Positions 62,418 to 64,000 of a DNA stretch of 64,000 nucleotides are shown here, one piece after another. Each line of letters starts with the position of its first letter. Positions within the stretch are counted from its first letter, which is position 1. The stretch spans positions 352,001-416,000 of the forward strand of contig OX638351.1 of assembly GCA_951813565.1 (NCBI GenBank), in the 5' to 3' direction. A program made the position numbers and the translations under genes. The notes beneath the pieces are model-generated. The model saw only the letters and a list, made by a program, of their open reading frames with translations. It made no database searches and had not been told where the DNA came from. Origin of the DNA: an uncultured Poribacteria bacterium (GTDB taxonomy: Bacteria; Poribacteria; WGA-4E; WGA-3G).

Positions 62418-63295
62418 CTACTGCTCTTTATTATCAGTTTTTTTGATTTCAAATTTTTTTAATTCAAGCGTTTTCGATTGAAGGGTAGGTATGTCTATAG
62501 TAAAGTCTTCCGTATCAGGAATTATTTCTAAAAAGATATGCTGCCTTTCCTGATGAGTTTTTACGATTCCGATGTTGGGGGCAAACCAGACTGTCGTTAC
62601 AGTTTCACCGGGGGCTTCCGTATTTGAAATCGCGGACCTACCACCGACCCCTACGTGTACAGTTGTTGTATGGTATTTAACTTTCAGACAATCTTTAAAT
62701 GTTCCCGCAGGTGTATTGACATTTTCAGTGCCTAAGACAACTCCTTTCTGATCTATCATGAAATTATAAGTCACTTCACCAATAATATCATCATACAATA
62801 TCTTAATCTTTGCTACAATCTCGGTTGTGTCCCATGCTTCATCAGTCGTAATTGTGTCAGGTAGCAGCAATAAATGGTCTCGTTCTACCACCACCTTATT
62901 CTCAATCTCAAAATCGGGTGTCTCCATCGCTTTTGAGACTTTAGCAAAAATATCTGTATCTTCTTTGAGACGTGCTTTGACAGCTCTCTCAATCTTATCA
63001 CCGACAAGGAGTGTAATCCCTGTCTCACTCACGTAGTATAAAGAAGGGTAGATAAAAGGGCTGTAGTCCGCCCAATCTTCTAGCTTAGGTTCATAGCTGA
63101 AAGCATGATCCGTCTTACCAGCAATCTCCTCACCTTTAGTTGCACGGCGTGTCACCTCGTTTCCATCTTGGTCTTCGTAAACCCAATAACTTCCGAGTGT
63201 GTGTGGAAAGTATTTTTGCGCTGTTTCGTTACCTAACAGGGTAACGCTAAAACTAAATACCAGTAAGAATGTCAATGCTACCCATGATTTTTCAT
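62418..63295 (-). CDS. Secreted hypothetical protein with an apparent frameshift just after the start codon
   Basis: YFPHTLGSYWVY, VNTPAGTFKDCLKV, WFAPNIGIVK; ATG at 63295 with RBS GGAGG is one base out of frame. Confidence 0.75.
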
Positions 63296-63378
63296 TTTAA
63301 ATTCCTCCTATGAAAAATCCCAGACATAGATTTTCTCAGTCTAACAGGAAAAAGAAAAGAGACACAGCGTAGATTTGT

Positions 63379-64000
63379 TCATCTTCTCGTCGGTTGCAGT
63401 TGTTGTAATTCCTCTGGTGGAACCTCGGGAAATCCTAACATTTCTGCCAGGCTCGCGTAGCGGAAATATCTATCAAATTCAGAAGGTATAGGTTCTTCAA
63501 GCGAGTCTTGTAACACCTGAAAATCAACATTGTATGCTATTTCCCCTCCTTCATCATGCGTAATAAAGGTTACGGCACCAGTAAATTGCTCAGTGATACG
63601 TCGACAGGCGTCTTGATATGCAGCTAGCAACGTCTCTGTTCTTTCAATAAATGCGTGTCTTTCAATAAATGCAGCATACTCTTCGGGTGTGAATAATGAT
63701 CCTTGCATTTCCATATCAAGTCCGAGAAGTTCATCTGATTCGCGCTTGAGTCTGTCAAATTCTGGAAAGACCTCCTTGAGCAGGACGATCTTTGGGTCAT
63801 CTTTTGAGGCTTCTTGTGCTTTTGTTGCTGGAAGTGATTCTGTAGGTTCAGTGAATTCCGCTTCTTCGGACACTCCTACTGATTCTGCCATTTCGGTGTC
63901 CCACGGTTCTTTAATGGACGGATCGTCTACAGTGTTCGGTTCAGGTTGAGTCTCGATCTCAGGGGATGCAGTCGGTTCTACCTTCTTAGGCGCTTGCTTG
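63379..64000 (-). CDS. Hypothetical acidic protein (5' end beyond window)
   Basis: Frame of the 63379-63891 ORF appears open to the window edge; Pro/Glu-rich linker. Confidence 0.7.
   Translation of the reverse strand, partial: KQAPKKVEPTASPEIETQPEPNTVDDPSIKEPWDTEMAESVGVSEEAEFTEPTESLPATKAQEASKDDPKIVLLKEVFPEFDRLKRESDELLGLDMEMQGSLFTPEEYAAFIERHAFIERTETLLAAYQDACRRITEQFTGAVTFITHDEGGEIAYNVDFQVLQDSLEEPIPSEFDRYFRYASLAEMLGFPEVPPEELQQLQPTRR

Larger units (their letters stand above)
61076..62560. repeat. Tandem duplication of about 0.73-0.76 kb
   Basis: TGAGTTT microhomology at 61076, 61800 and 62554; includes a copy of the 3' end of the 62418 gene. Confidence 0.92.

Noticed and set aside
61483..62452. 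Duplicated 71-aa ORFs (MKSKKLIIK...)
   Set aside because: Out-of-frame overlaps of real genes, repeated only because of the tandem duplication

Overview
Bacterial chromosome segment, very probably Candidatus Poribacteria or a close relative. This is inferred from planctomycete-type DUF1501/DUF1549-DUF1553 genes, expanded WD40, sulfatase and PhyH families, and a 16S gene with atypical primer sites followed only by tRNA-Ile. 1-9.5 kb: minus-strand cluster of PPC-domain protein, DUF1501, DUF1549/1553, a secreted protein, a lipoprotein and a sulfatase. It is headed by a cytochrome c-WD40 protein whose apparent TGA stop sits at the Cys position of an HMA motif and is followed by a SECIS-like hairpin, so it is a probable unannotated selenoprotein. 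10-18 kb: mobile-element graveyard (IS1595 remnant, intact IS982, IS200/IS605 derivative, IS1 remnants, nested MITE/REP elements) and a tandem triplication of a locally hypervariable membrane-anchored protein. 18-33 kb: six large cytoplasmic WD40 proteins interleaved with three secreted Cys-rich proteins that have a conserved leader and variable C-terminus. 33-35 kb: stand-alone 16S-tRNA-Ile unit. 35-60 kb: metabolic and envelope genes (molybdenum hydroxylase operon plus MoaD, tRNA-Ala, three PhyH dioxygenases, a Thr-type sulfatase-like enzyme, broken vapC, TolB-like, transglutaminase, BatA/vWA, Omp85). 60-64 kb: another MITE and another tandem duplication with a variable core. All alignments and counts were done by eye; no database searches were run.
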